64,000 bases of DNA, from assembly GCA_051252135.1 (NCBI GenBank), contig JBPOGH010000013.1, positions 1-64,000 of the forward strand, in the 5' to 3' direction. Below are positions 31,798 through 42,056 of this stretch, in pieces; positions within the stretch are counted from its first letter, which is position 1, and the number at the start of each line of letters is the position of its first letter. The translations under genes and the position numbers were made by a program. Below the pieces are notes generated by a model. The model ran no database searches and was not told where the DNA came from. It saw nothing but the letters and a program-made list of their open reading frames with translations. Source of the DNA: Verrucomicrobiaceae bacterium. GTDB taxonomy: Bacteria > Verrucomicrobiota > Verrucomicrobiia > Verrucomicrobiales > Akkermansiaceae.

Positions 31798-34700
31798 CTA
31801 CGGCTGGAAGACCAAACGCAAACGCGCAAACCTTCCGGCATTGCCTCCCACCGGAGTGGCCTCACGCAACACAACCGTCTCGGTCCCATCACCATGCGTA
31901 ATCGTCGAAACAACAACCGCTTCCCCCGATGCCAAAGCACCAAGGTCGTCTCCACTCTCAAGGGTCCAGATCAAATCACTCCCGTTGTTAATACGACGGG
32001 TCCGCGCTCCCAGATAACGCTGCCCGCCATCTTCCACGATCTCCGCCTGAAACACCGCCTCATCCTTGACCACCGGATCGGTCCCAAAGGCATACTCCTT
32101 CCAGTTCGGAAGCCCGTCGTTATCCGGATCGGAACCCGCCGCCCCAATCGTTGCATGCAGGGCGGGATTGAATTTCTCATTCTGCCATGCCGTAAACGTC
32201 GTCGGCAAAATGGAATCCGCCGTCCCCGGAGTCCCGTTCATCGTCGCACTGAAGGTCCAGGCCGACATTTCATCCAGACCATCATAAGGGGAATCCGGAT
32301 CCACCAAAACCAAGGTCGCTCCCGGTCCATCGGTCTCCGGGAACCAAACGTCATTGTAAGTGAAGACCAAAATATTCTCCCCTATCTTGTCGACCAAACG
32401 AACGGTCTCACCATCGTTGTTAAACAATCCTCCAAACGGCCCGTAAACCGCCGCCCCAAGCCCCGGGTATCGTAAGGCAAATGCTGCGGGATTCTTCACC
32501 AGCAAAATTCGCTCGTCAGCCGCGATGGACGTTCCGGCACCAAAGGTATACTCGATCCCCTCCGTAAATTGCACCCCTTCGAGATCCAATGCCGCCCCGG
32601 AAATATTCCGCAGCTCAATGAACTCAAAGTCCTCCGAAATCACTCCCGGAAGCGCCGCCAATTCCTCGGCCGTCGGCGCCGCCGGATGGTAATTCAATTC
32701 CGTCACCCGAAGCGCCTCCTGCGCCAGCGTCGGCGTCCCGGTGTAAGTAAAGGAATCCACCAACTGCGCCGCCTCATTGCGCAACTCAAGCGTCTCCCCC
32801 CGTGCCGAGAACTGCCCCTGGTAACCGTCCTGAATAAAGCGATACTCACCCGAGGTCGGTCCCGTCGACCTCGCCCGGAAGGACGGCCCGTCTTTCACCA
32901 CGTGAATCGTCCCGATATAGTTTCCTCCCGCAGTCCCGGAACCCGCCGGCACCACCGTCCCCGGTGGAAAGGAATACTCCACCGCTCCGGCCAACGTGAA
33001 CCCGGACAAATCAATCGCCGTATTCTCATTGTTCTTAAGGATCACATATTCCTCCCCCTGGTTGCCCGAAGAAGGAAGAAACTCCACCGTCTCAACCGTC
33101 ACATCGGGAATCGATGGCTGCGCCGAAGCAATCGGCACCCCGTCATGATTCCGTGATCCGCTAAACATGTAGTTTCTCTTGTCCGGCAGCCATTCCAGCA
33201 AAATACGGCCCGCCGCCGGGCGCGCCCGAAACTCATTCCCCCACGACCCCCATTTGTCATAATCAAGATCGGCATCCGAAACGATCCCGACCGGATCGAT
33301 CCGGTCACGCCACTCTCCCACCATATCGGAAAACCAATCGGGCCCCGCAGCCGCAGCCGCATTCGACAACAGGAGCTGATCCCGCAGCGTCCCGATCCGC
33401 CTCATGATCATATGGCGATACTCCGGAGTCTCGTGAATCAACTCCCATAGCCGGTTCGGACTCCGGATCCACATATTGCTGAACAAGCTGTCGTCAAAAT
33501 ATTTGTCCGTCGAATTCCACCGGCGCCCTGCCGAAAGATCCACATCCCACGGAAGCGGACGCCACTCACCATTCCCCTCCGTATCCCGATACATGTAAAA
33601 ATTCTTGTGCCCCGTGTCGGAAATCCCGATCACCACATAAGCCGCCAAATGATTCACCGTCGCCGCAATATCCAGATTGTCATAAGCATACTCCCGCCGC
33701 GAATTTCGTGAATTCGATTCGTCCAACCCGTCAATCAACGCCTGCAAATCCTCGGTCCCCAATTCCTTGCGAGACTTCTTCACCGCCTTCGAGGCCACCT
33801 CGATCCGATCATACATCTTATAAAGCGTCCCCTCACGGCTCAGACCAATCCGGTCAAGATACCGCTCATCACCATCCTCCACCATGTCGGCGATCGAAAA
33901 GAAGTCCCCGTTCCGCTCCACCCGTACCGGGAAGGCGTAGTGGTGACCCGCGCCACAGCGCTTGAGAAACTCGTAGGCCATCAAATTTCGTACCTTGCTC
34001 TTGTCCGCCCAGTTCGTCAGCAGGTTGATATCCTTCACCCGCTCCTCTCCCACTTTCCACCGAAAACGATTCCCCTTATTGAAGTCCACATCGTAACTCT
34101 TCTTCGGAAAAGCTCCCGTCGACTGACCGTGCCGATCCATCTGAAGGTTATCGTAAAACTCTCCCAGATAAAAAACCGATCCCGTCGTTCCCGCCACTGT
34201 ATCCACCGCCGCGGTATTCTGCACAAAAGTCTCCATGATCGTCAGCTGCGACGTTCCATGAGCCGGATTGAGAGCCACCGTCCCGTAATAACGGTCCGCA
34301 TCCAACGGATCCAGATAGGGCGGCGATAAGGTCATCCCCGAATCCGCATCCTCCGCCTCCACCCTCCACCGGAGCATCTCTCCCGCCCCAAGTCCGGTTG
34401 TTGGAACCTCCACCGAATAAATCCCATCTCCCGCAATCAAATCTCCCCCGCTTGCGCTGTCGTTCATCGTCAGCTGCACCTCGGCATCAAACATTTCCCG
34501 GTAATACAATTTCACCGTCGAGATCGGACTCGTCCCCTCATCGATCTCAGCCGTAATCAATAACGGCGCACTTCCCGCTCCCCCGGTCGGACGCTCCGGC
34601 TGATCGGTCACCTCGCCAAAAAGCGGCGGCACCGTTGCCAGACTCGTCCCGTTGGGTCCCCCTGGAGTCACCACGGTGTGATAACCCTTCTCTCCGCTCA

Positions 34701-35739
34701 CCACTCCGGGAATCGACACCAGCAGCTCGGGAAAGATCAGCATATCCGAGCTGTCCGCCGCCTCATTCATCCCGTGAATCGCAAGAACGTTCTGCCCGCC
34801 CACCAAATCAAGACCAGCCGGATCAATCGTATAATAAACCCAATCGTCATTCTCGCTGTCCCCCCTGTTCTCTGTCGCCGTCGAATCCCAATCCGGCGTC
34901 GGATCATTCCGGTTCGCCTTCACCTCATGCCCGTTGATATATGCGATAAACCCGTCATCCCAACGCATCTTCAACGTCAACTGACCCACCGCAATCGGAG
35001 GAAGCAAAAACGGCATCCGCACAAAAATCGACGCATTCCCCTCATACATCTCCGCCTCAAAATCCCCGCCATTCCCAATCCAGCTTCCATAGCTTCCCGA
35101 CCGCTCGTAACCCACCGCGTTCTTGACGCTCCTCCAGGTCGAACCGGAAAACGTTGTTCCGTTGTTCTCGTTCCACCCCTGATAATTTGCCGCGAAATCC
35201 GCCGCACTCTCAGGAACTCCCGCCTGGCCGCTGGTTCCTTGCCGGACCACCGTGCTCAATCCACCAACCTGGCTCACCCCGTAACTCGCTCCCGCAAACT
35301 GCTTGGGAAACTCCGGACTAAAATCATCCTCAACCGTCACCCCGTCACCCTGGATCAACCCCAAATACTCTCCCCCGCTCTTCAGCGAAAATCCCGTGTG
35401 CCACTCACTTCCCAAAATCCTCCGGTTCTTCCCCGAGGCAAACACCACCACATACCCCTTGCTCCCAATCGTCGCCCCCGGCGGGAATATCCACTTCTGC
35501 GGAATCGCCGCGTCATCCGTCAATGACCAACCACCCAAATCAACCGGAGCCGTCCCGTCATTGAATAACTCAACCCAATCCTCCGCATCCCCGTCCTCAT
35601 CCAAATGGGACCCGTCGTTGTTGGCCACAAATTCGGAAATCCAGACTTTCCCCGCCAATGGGGTTGCAAGGAACAGGGAAAATAAGAGAGTAGTATACTT
35701 GGTCACAATGGAAAGTGGTGATGAGATTAGGAAGAACAT
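31798..35739 (-). CDS. Secreted lamin-tail-domain / CotH kinase family protein
   Basis: Lamin-tail domains (ISEFVANN..DWVELFN; VTELNYHP..EFIELRN); CotH core (KKSYDVDF, KNFYMY..W..LPWDVDLS); C-terminal DxDxDG domain. Confidence 0.9.
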   Translation of the reverse strand: MFFLISSPLSIVTKYTTLLFSLFLATPLAGKVWISEFVANNDGSHLDEDGDAEDWVELFNDGTAPVDLGGWSLTDDAAIPQKWIFPPGATIGSKGYVVVFASGKNRRILGSEWHTGFSLKSGGEYLGLIQGDGVTVEDDFSPEFPKQFAGASYGVSQVGGLSTVVRQGTSGQAGVPESAADFAANYQGWNENNGTTFSGSTWRSVKNAVGYERSGSYGSWIGNGGDFEAEMYEGNASIFVRMPFLLPPIAVGQLTLKMRWDDGFIAYINGHEVKANRNDPTPDWDSTATENRGDSENDDWVYYTIDPAGLDLVGGQNVLAIHGMNEAADSSDMLIFPELLVSIPGVVSGEKGYHTVVTPGGPNGTSLATVPPLFGEVTDQPERPTGGAGSAPLLITAEIDEGTSPISTVKLYYREMFDAEVQLTMNDSASGGDLIAGDGIYSVEVPTTGLGAGEMLRWRVEAEDADSGMTLSPPYLDPLDADRYYGTVALNPAHGTSQLTIMETFVQNTAAVDTVAGTTGSVFYLGEFYDNLQMDRHGQSTGAFPKKSYDVDFNKGNRFRWKVGEERVKDINLLTNWADKSKVRNLMAYEFLKRCGAGHHYAFPVRVERNGDFFSIADMVEDGDERYLDRIGLSREGTLYKMYDRIEVASKAVKKSRKELGTEDLQALIDGLDESNSRNSRREYAYDNLDIAATVNHLAAYVVIGISDTGHKNFYMYRDTEGNGEWRPLPWDVDLSAGRRWNSTDKYFDDSLFSNMWIRSPNRLWELIHETPEYRHMIMRRIGTLRDQLLLSNAAAAAGPDWFSDMVGEWRDRIDPVGIVSDADLDYDKWGSWGNEFRARPAAGRILLEWLPDKRNYMFSGSRNHDGVPIASAQPSIPDVTVETVEFLPSSGNQGEEYVILKNNENTAIDLSGFTLAGAVEYSFPPGTVVPAGSGTAGGNYIGTIHVVKDGPSFRARSTGPTSGEYRFIQDGYQGQFSARGETLELRNEAAQLVDSFTYTGTPTLAQEALRVTELNYHPAAPTAEELAALPGVISEDFEFIELRNISGAALDLEGVQFTEGIEYTFGAGTSIAADERILLVKNPAAFALRYPGLGAAVYGPFGGLFNNDGETVRLVDKIGENILVFTYNDVWFPETDGPGATLVLVDPDSPYDGLDEMSAWTFSATMNGTPGTADSILPTTFTAWQNEKFNPALHATIGAAGSDPDNDGLPNWKEYAFGTDPVVKDEAVFQAEIVEDGGQRYLGARTRRINNGSDLIWTLESGDDLGALASGEAVVVSTITHGDGTETVVLREATPVGGNAGRFARLRLVFQP

Positions 35740-35787
35740 GTCCTACAAAAATCATTTCTGCATAAAATATCTTCAGAAGAAAAGCCC

Positions 35788-37170
35788 ATGATTTCAAAAC
35801 TATACCACCTCTTCCTCTTTTTCGCTCTCTTTTCGAGCACTGAAGCCGCCCAACAGCCCAATATCGTCCTCATTTATGCCGACGACCTCGGCTACACCGA
35901 CCTCTCCTGCCAGGGCTCCAAATACTACCAAACCCCCAACATTGACCGCCTCGCCCGCGAAGGCGTCACCTTCACCCAGGCCTACGCCGGCGCCGCCAAC
36001 TGCGCCCCCTCCCGCGCCTGCCTCATGACCGGCTCCTATTCCCCCCGCCACGGCATCTACACCGTCGGAAATTCCGACCGAGGCAAAGCCCAACACCGCA
36101 AGCTCATCCCCATCAAAAACACCCAGCTCCTCGACCCCAAGTTCCCCACCATCGCCGAAGCCCTCCAAAACCACGGCTACCAAACCTGCATCGCCGGAAA
36201 ATGGCACCTCACCAAGGACCCCACCCAGGACGGCTTCGATACCAACTTCGGCGGCACCACCTGGGGACACCCCAAATCCTACTTCGCCCCCTACAAAAAC
36301 CCCTACCTCAAAGACGGCCCCAAAGGAGAACACCTCCCCGAACGCCTCGGCCGCGAAATCTCCTCCTGGATCAAATCCCATGCCGAAAAACCCTTCTTCG
36401 TCTACTTCCCCTGCTACTCCGTCCACACCCCCATCCAGGCAAAAGCCGACCACACCGCCCTCTTCAAAAACAAATCTCCCGACGGCTCCCACAAGGACCC
36501 TCAATACGCCGCCATGATCTACGCCATGGACCTCGCCATCGGCCAAATCCTCAACACCCTCGATGAGCTCAAGCTCGCCGACAACACCCTCGTCATCTTC
36601 ACCTCCGACAACGGCCCCCACGGCTCCTACTCCCGCGCCCACCCCCTCCGCGGCTCCAAAGGCATGTATTACGAGGGCGGCATTCGCGAGCCTTTCCTCG
36701 CCCGCTTCCCCGGCCGCATCAAGCCCGGCTCCCGCAACCACCAACCCATCCACCAAACCGACCTCTTCCCCACTTTCCTCGCCCTCACCGGTGCTCAAAA
36801 ACCAAAAGCCGCCCAACTCGACGGCATCAACATCCTCCCCGCCCTCGAAGGGAAACCCCTCCCCGACCGACCCCTCTTCTGGCACTTCCCCGCCTACCTC
36901 CAGGGATACGGCAAACACCTCGACTCCCCCTTCCTCAACTTCCGCACCACCCCCTGCGGCGTCATCCGGGATGGCGACTGGAAACTCATCCAATACTTCG
37001 AGGACAACACCCTCGAGCTTTACAACCTCAAGGACGACCCCGGCGAAAAAAACAACCTCTCCACAAAAAACCTCGCCCAAAAAAACCTCCTCCTCAACAC
37101 CCTCACCGCCTGGCAAAAAACAACCAACGCCCCCATCCCCACCGAGCCCAATCCACAATACAAAAAATAA
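35788..37170 (+). CDS. Sulfatase (arylsulfatase A-like)
   Basis: NIVLIYADDLG, CAPSR, GKWHL, FTSDNG, RGSKG..YEGGIREP. Confidence 0.95.
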   Translation: MISKLYHLFLFFALFSSTEAAQQPNIVLIYADDLGYTDLSCQGSKYYQTPNIDRLAREGVTFTQAYAGAANCAPSRACLMTGSYSPRHGIYTVGNSDRGKAQHRKLIPIKNTQLLDPKFPTIAEALQNHGYQTCIAGKWHLTKDPTQDGFDTNFGGTTWGHPKSYFAPYKNPYLKDGPKGEHLPERLGREISSWIKSHAEKPFFVYFPCYSVHTPIQAKADHTALFKNKSPDGSHKDPQYAAMIYAMDLAIGQILNTLDELKLADNTLVIFTSDNGPHGSYSRAHPLRGSKGMYYEGGIREPFLARFPGRIKPGSRNHQPIHQTDLFPTFLALTGAQKPKAAQLDGINILPALEGKPLPDRPLFWHFPAYLQGYGKHLDSPFLNFRTTPCGVIRDGDWKLIQYFEDNTLELYNLKDDPGEKNNLSTKNLAQKNLLLNTLTAWQKTTNAPIPTEPNPQYKK

Positions 37171-37219
37171 CATTTTCTGTAGAGGACAGCCCGCCCCCAC
37201 CCGCTACCATCCGGTCGTT

Positions 37220-37534
37220 ATGATTACCTCAACCACCGAAACCGTCCCCGGACGCGAAATCACCTCCCACCTTGGCATCGCCTGTGGAAACACCGTCCGT
37301 GCCAAGCACATGGGCCGCGATTTCATGGCCGGCCTCAAAACCATCATCGGCGGAGAAGTCCGCGGCTACACCGAGATGCTCTCGGAATCCCGGAACCAGG
37401 CCATCGACCGCATGGTCGCCCAAGCCCAGTCCATGGGCGCTGATGCCGTCGTCAATGTCCGCTTCACCACCTCCCAGGTCGCCCAAGGCATGTCCGAAAT
37501 GCTCGCCTACGGCACCGCCGTGAAGCTCGCCTAA
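37220..37534 (+). CDS. ybjQ: YbjQ / UPF0145 family protein
   Basis: MITSTTETVPGREI..LG, DFMAGLKTIIGGEVRGYTEML, GADAVVNVRF, AYGTAVKL. This is the tail of the track's 36563 ORF. Confidence 0.92.
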   Translation: MITSTTETVPGREITSHLGIACGNTVRAKHMGRDFMAGLKTIIGGEVRGYTEMLSESRNQAIDRMVAQAQSMGADAVVNVRFTTSQVAQGMSEMLAYGTAVKLA

Positions 37535-37585
37535 TCAATCATAAATTTCCCTATCATTCCCCATCATTCTCAGCGATGCTGGGGA

Positions 37586-37801
37586 ATGACCACCTACGTT
37601 TACGAGACCATCCCTCAAACCGGGGACGAACTCCCCGTCCGCTTCGAGCACCGGCAAGGGATGTCTGATCCCAAACTCACCGAGCAACCCGGCACCGGAA
37701 AACCCGTCCGACGCCTCATCTCCGGCGGCTTCGCCATGCTCCATAAAGAGGTCCAGTCCGTCGGCTCCGTCACCGACCCCTCCTACTACCAGCGCGACTA
37801 G
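37586..37801 (+). CDS. FmdB-type zinc-ribbon-like small protein lacking cysteines
   Basis: M.TYVYE...RFE..Q.MSDP.LT..P..G.PVRRLISGG follows the FmdB pattern without either CxxC. Confidence 0.7.
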   Translation: MTTYVYETIPQTGDELPVRFEHRQGMSDPKLTEQPGTGKPVRRLISGGFAMLHKEVQSVGSVTDPSYYQRD

Positions 37802-37855
37802 CGCCCCTCCGATAATCATCGACAGCTCGCGCTCCAGTTGGAACCCTGCCAGAGT

Positions 37856-40800
37856 ATGAAAACTCTGCGGCTTTCCCTGGCAGTCCTCCTCCTGCTCTCA
37901 GCCTTCCTCTTCCTCCTCCCCACCCCCACCACCCGGGAGGAAGCCAGCAAAGCATCACTTCCACCGCAATCCGCGCGCGACTTCATCACCGCCTGGCAGG
38001 ATCCCTCCTCCCCGCAATCCGATCTTCTTCAGGCTGCCGGCAAGCACCGCGAGTCCTTCACCCGACTCATGATCGAGGCCCCCGATGTCGCCCTCATCAA
38101 AGCCCTCTCCTCCGCAGAGCACCACGCCCTCCCACCCGAACTCAAACCCTTCTTCGCCCAACCCTTCACCTCCCCCGGCTCCATCGATCAACTCTGGGCC
38201 GTCACCGAACTCCCCGATGGCTCCCGCCGCTGCACCTCGGAAAACACCGTCACCTTCGGCACCGAAACCCTCACCGCCCACACCCCGGACCTGACCCTCC
38301 TCCCCGTCCTCAACAACGTCCCCCTCTCCGGCATCCGCCTCGGCAACCACGCTGTCATTTCCCCCTCAACCGACTCCGGGGAAATCGCCACCTACCAAAG
38401 CAGCGCCCCCGGCGAAAAAACAACCCCCACCCTCGCCGGCAGCGACGGAGGCGATCACGCGTCCGCCCCCACCGACGCCACCCCCTACCAGGAAGATCAA
38501 ATCGACGTTCTCTTCATCCGTGTCGACTTCTCCGATTTCCCCGGCGCACCCGTTTCCAAAGCCGCCCTCGAAACAACCCTCGCCACCGTCGATGGCCACC
38601 TCGCCAACTACTCCTACAATCAGGCCGGCATCACCTACACAGTCAGCGACTCCGTCTACCGCATGCCCTCCACCGGCGCCTCCTACGCCGTCAATAAGGC
38701 AAACGACGACATCCAGACCCACGCCCGCGCCCTCGCCTCGGCCGACTTCACCCTTTCAAACTACGATGTCATCGCCGTCTTCTTCCCCGATATCGGAGAC
38801 GTCCCCGGCTCCCAAATCACCTACGGCGGCCTCGCCTCTATCGGCGGGGAAAATCACTGGATCAACGGCACCAACAGCGTCGGCATCATCCTTCACGAAT
38901 TCGGCCACAACTACGGCCTCTATCACGCCAACTACCACCATCCGGAAATGGAACTCTCCGGCACCTACCAGGATGCCAACAGCCTCGAATACGGCGACAT
39001 CTTCGATGAAATGGGCAGCGGCAACTCACCCGAAGCACACTTCAGCCACCTCGCCAAAAACTACATGCAGTGGATGCCCGACTCCAAGGTCGCCGAAGCC
39101 ACCGGCGATGCCACCTACACCATCTACCGCTTCGACGACCCCAACGCCCTCTCCAACCCCCTCCTCGCCGTCAAGGTCCCCATGTCCGACGACGTAAACT
39201 ACTGGATCGGCTACCGCCAACTCTACACTTCCAGCACCTACAACCTCGAAACCGCCGCCTACGTCGTCGGGGAAAATCTCGCCAGCAACCGCGAAACCTC
39301 CCTCATCGACATGACCCCCGAATCGGAGGCCTCCGAAACCGCCGACCGCCGGGATGCCGGACTCCCCGTTGGCGGCACCTTCTACGAACCCACCTCCGGC
39401 GTCCGCTTCAACGCCCTCGAGCGCGGAGGCTCCGACCCCAACCAATGGATCAAGGTCCAGGTCCTCTTCGACCCCCGCATCTCCATCGCCTCCACCGCCC
39501 TCTCCATCGACGAACAATGCGGCACCGCCACCGTCACCGTTCAACGCCAATTCAGCGACTCCGGTGCCGTCACTGTCAACTACGCCACCGCCAACGGAAC
39601 CGCCCTCGCCGGAACCGATTACTACCCCGCCTCCGGCACCCTCACCTGGGCCGATGGCGACCTCTCCGATAAAACAATCACCATCCCCATCCGTCCCGAT
39701 ATCATCAGCGAAGGCTCGGAAACTCTCACCCTCGCACTCTCCGGCATCATCGGCGGCAAGCTCGATCCCGATGCCTCCCTCGCCACCATCTCCATCCTCG
39801 ACGCCGGACAACGCATCGAGGAATTCGCCCCCGGCTTCTTCAACACCACCGTCGAAGCCATCGTCCCCCTCGCGGATGGAAAGGTCATCATCGGCGGAAA
39901 TATCGGAGGCGCCATCGGCAACGTCGCCCCCCTCTTCCACATCGCCCGACTCCTCCCCGATGGCTCAGTCGACACCACCTTCCTCACCGGCACCGGCTTC
40001 AACGCCCCCGTCGAGACCATCGTCGCCCAACCCGATGGCAAACTCCTCGTCGGCGGCGATTTCACGTCCTACAACGGCACCTCCTGCAACCGCCTCACCC
40101 GTCTCCTTCCCGATGGAAACATCGACGCCTCGTTCGCCACCGCCATCGGTAACGGCGCCAACGACACCGTCCGCTCCTTCGCCATCGAGGACTCCGGAAA
40201 CATCCTCGTCGGTGGCGATTTCACTTCCTTCGACGGCTCGCCCGACCTCGGCCTCACCCGACTCCTCGCCTCCGGCTCCCGCAACTCCGCCTCCCCCATC
40301 ACTCTTCCCTTCGACACCGGATTCGGCACCGAGATCTACGCCATCCTCCCCGAGCCCAGCGGAAAAATCGTCGTCGCCGGATCCTTCTACGTCGGCTGGA
40401 CCGGCTCCGGATTCCGCGCCGGCCTCGCCCGCCTCAACTCCAACGGATCCCGTGACACCACCTTCGATCCCGACGCCGGAGCACACGCCTCCGGAAATAA
40501 CTCCAGCCTCCGTCGCGTCTATGATCTCACCTCCGCCCCGGGCGGAAAATACCTCATCGCCGGAAGCTTCACCGCCTACGATGAAAACGCCGTCGCCCAC
40601 CTCGCCCGCATCAACAATGACGGCACCTTCGACTCCTCCTTCACCCCTCCCGCCTTCGATGACACCGCCCGCGTCATCCTCACCCAACCCTCCGGCCTCA
40701 TCGTCACCGCCGGCGGCTTCACCTCGCCCGTCAATCGCCTCGAGCGCCTCACCCCCTCCGGCGCATCTGATCTCGGATTCAATCAAGGCAGCGGACCCAG

Positions 40801-41350
40801 CGGCACCGTCTACGCCCTCGCCAATGGAAGCGACGGCTCACTCTGGGCCGGCGGAAATTTCTTCAACTACAACGGCTCCTCCTCACGCCCCGTCGTTAAA
40901 ATCGCCGGCGGCGTCAGCCCCTACGATCTCTGGGCCCAATCCCAATTCACCTCAACCCAAATCGCCGCAGGCCAAGCCGCCACCGATCAGGACCCCGACG
41001 CCGACGGCCTCGTCAACCTCGTCGAAATGGCCCTCTCCACCAACCCCAACCTCGCCAACTCCGAACCCGCATTTCAAGTCAAAGGAAGCGGCATCACTCT
41101 CCAGCAAGACAACAGCCAGCAATACCTCCAGATCAGCCTCGACCGCACCGCCCTCCCCAAGGGCGCTTGGTTCGCCGCCCAGTTCAGCAGCAACCTCTCC
41201 ACCTGGTCCCCCGCCTCCCCCACCCCGGGCACCAGCGCAACCTACGAGATCATCTCGGACTCGGTCACAAACTTCACCGTCCGCGATAACACTCCAACCA
41301 CCGGCGCCACCCCCCGCTTCGCCCGCATCCTCGTCATCAATCCGCAGTAA
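37856..41350 (+). CDS. Secreted metzincin (M6/M11-like) metalloprotease with Calx-beta domain and delta-60 repeats
   Basis: HEFGHNYGLYH, EYGDIFDEMG, Calx-beta (VNYATANGTALAGTDY..SGTLTW), repeated QPDGKLLVGGDF..RL.PDG..D.TF. Confidence 0.9.
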   Translation: MKTLRLSLAVLLLLSAFLFLLPTPTTREEASKASLPPQSARDFITAWQDPSSPQSDLLQAAGKHRESFTRLMIEAPDVALIKALSSAEHHALPPELKPFFAQPFTSPGSIDQLWAVTELPDGSRRCTSENTVTFGTETLTAHTPDLTLLPVLNNVPLSGIRLGNHAVISPSTDSGEIATYQSSAPGEKTTPTLAGSDGGDHASAPTDATPYQEDQIDVLFIRVDFSDFPGAPVSKAALETTLATVDGHLANYSYNQAGITYTVSDSVYRMPSTGASYAVNKANDDIQTHARALASADFTLSNYDVIAVFFPDIGDVPGSQITYGGLASIGGENHWINGTNSVGIILHEFGHNYGLYHANYHHPEMELSGTYQDANSLEYGDIFDEMGSGNSPEAHFSHLAKNYMQWMPDSKVAEATGDATYTIYRFDDPNALSNPLLAVKVPMSDDVNYWIGYRQLYTSSTYNLETAAYVVGENLASNRETSLIDMTPESEASETADRRDAGLPVGGTFYEPTSGVRFNALERGGSDPNQWIKVQVLFDPRISIASTALSIDEQCGTATVTVQRQFSDSGAVTVNYATANGTALAGTDYYPASGTLTWADGDLSDKTITIPIRPDIISEGSETLTLALSGIIGGKLDPDASLATISILDAGQRIEEFAPGFFNTTVEAIVPLADGKVIIGGNIGGAIGNVAPLFHIARLLPDGSVDTTFLTGTGFNAPVETIVAQPDGKLLVGGDFTSYNGTSCNRLTRLLPDGNIDASFATAIGNGANDTVRSFAIEDSGNILVGGDFTSFDGSPDLGLTRLLASGSRNSASPITLPFDTGFGTEIYAILPEPSGKIVVAGSFYVGWTGSGFRAGLARLNSNGSRDTTFDPDAGAHASGNNSSLRRVYDLTSAPGGKYLIAGSFTAYDENAVAHLARINNDGTFDSSFTPPAFDDTARVILTQPSGLIVTAGGFTSPVNRLERLTPSGASDLGFNQGSGPSGTVYALANGSDGSLWAGGNFFNYNGSSSRPVVKIAGGVSPYDLWAQSQFTSTQIAAGQAATDQDPDADGLVNLVEMALSTNPNLANSEPAFQVKGSGITLQQDNSQQYLQISLDRTALPKGAWFAAQFSSNLSTWSPASPTPGTSATYEIISDSVTNFTVRDNTPTTGATPRFARILVINPQ

Positions 41351-42056
41351 TCTTCCCGATCCACTTCACCACCTCCGCCACCGGCGCATAATTCCCGCGA
41401 TCCCCCACCTTCGGATTCATCCCGTCGGAGGCCGTCGACGCCACCCCCGCCAGCTGCCACGCCCCCTTCACTTCGAGGAATAAAGGCGACCCGCTGTCAA
41501 AGAGCGCAATCGTCGCCTCATCCTTCTCCGTCGTCGCATCATCCGCCTTCCCCAGGCTGATCGATATCTTCCCGCCCCGCAGTCCATCCACCCGATTGTG
41601 CCCCGCGTGAAACTCCCCTCGCGTCTTAGCCTGACCCACCGGCCCACCCAACCCAAATCCACCCAGCCACGCCCGCTGCCCCTTCTCCGCTTTCCCGGTG
41701 AAAAACGACACCTTCTTCGCCCCCTTCACCGCCTTCTCCAGTTCCAGCAGCGCAAAGTCTCCCTTCTCCGGATACACCACCCGCTTCACCGCAAACGTCT
41801 CCTCCCCTAGGGCCGGAAACCCCACCTTCAACATCCCCGCCTTCCACTTCTCCGTCCCGTGCCGGCACGTCAGCACCCACTTCCCTCCCAGCGCATAACA
41901 CGACCCGCCAAACACCCGCAGCGGCGAATAAAACACCTTCCCCGTCTGGCTCATCTCACCCCGCTGCTCCCTCTCCACCTCCCCAACATCCCCGCGCCAC
42001 ACAATCCCGCTCAACGGACTCAGCAAAAGTAAGAAAAATATCGTACAAATCGTCAT
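41337..42056 (-). CDS. Secreted trypsin-like serine protease
   Basis: Catalytic triad motifs WVLTCRH, GDFALLEL, FDSGSPLF; signal peptide; ATGA-coupled to the upstream sulfatase. Confidence 0.85.
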   Translation of the reverse strand: MTICTIFFLLLLSPLSGIVWRGDVGEVEREQRGEMSQTGKVFYSPLRVFGGSCYALGGKWVLTCRHGTEKWKAGMLKVGFPALGEETFAVKRVVYPEKGDFALLELEKAVKGAKKVSFFTGKAEKGQRAWLGGFGLGGPVGQAKTRGEFHAGHNRVDGLRGGKISISLGKADDATTEKDEATIALFDSGSPLFLEVKGAWQLAGVASTASDGMNPKVGDRGNYAPVAEVVKWIGKITAD

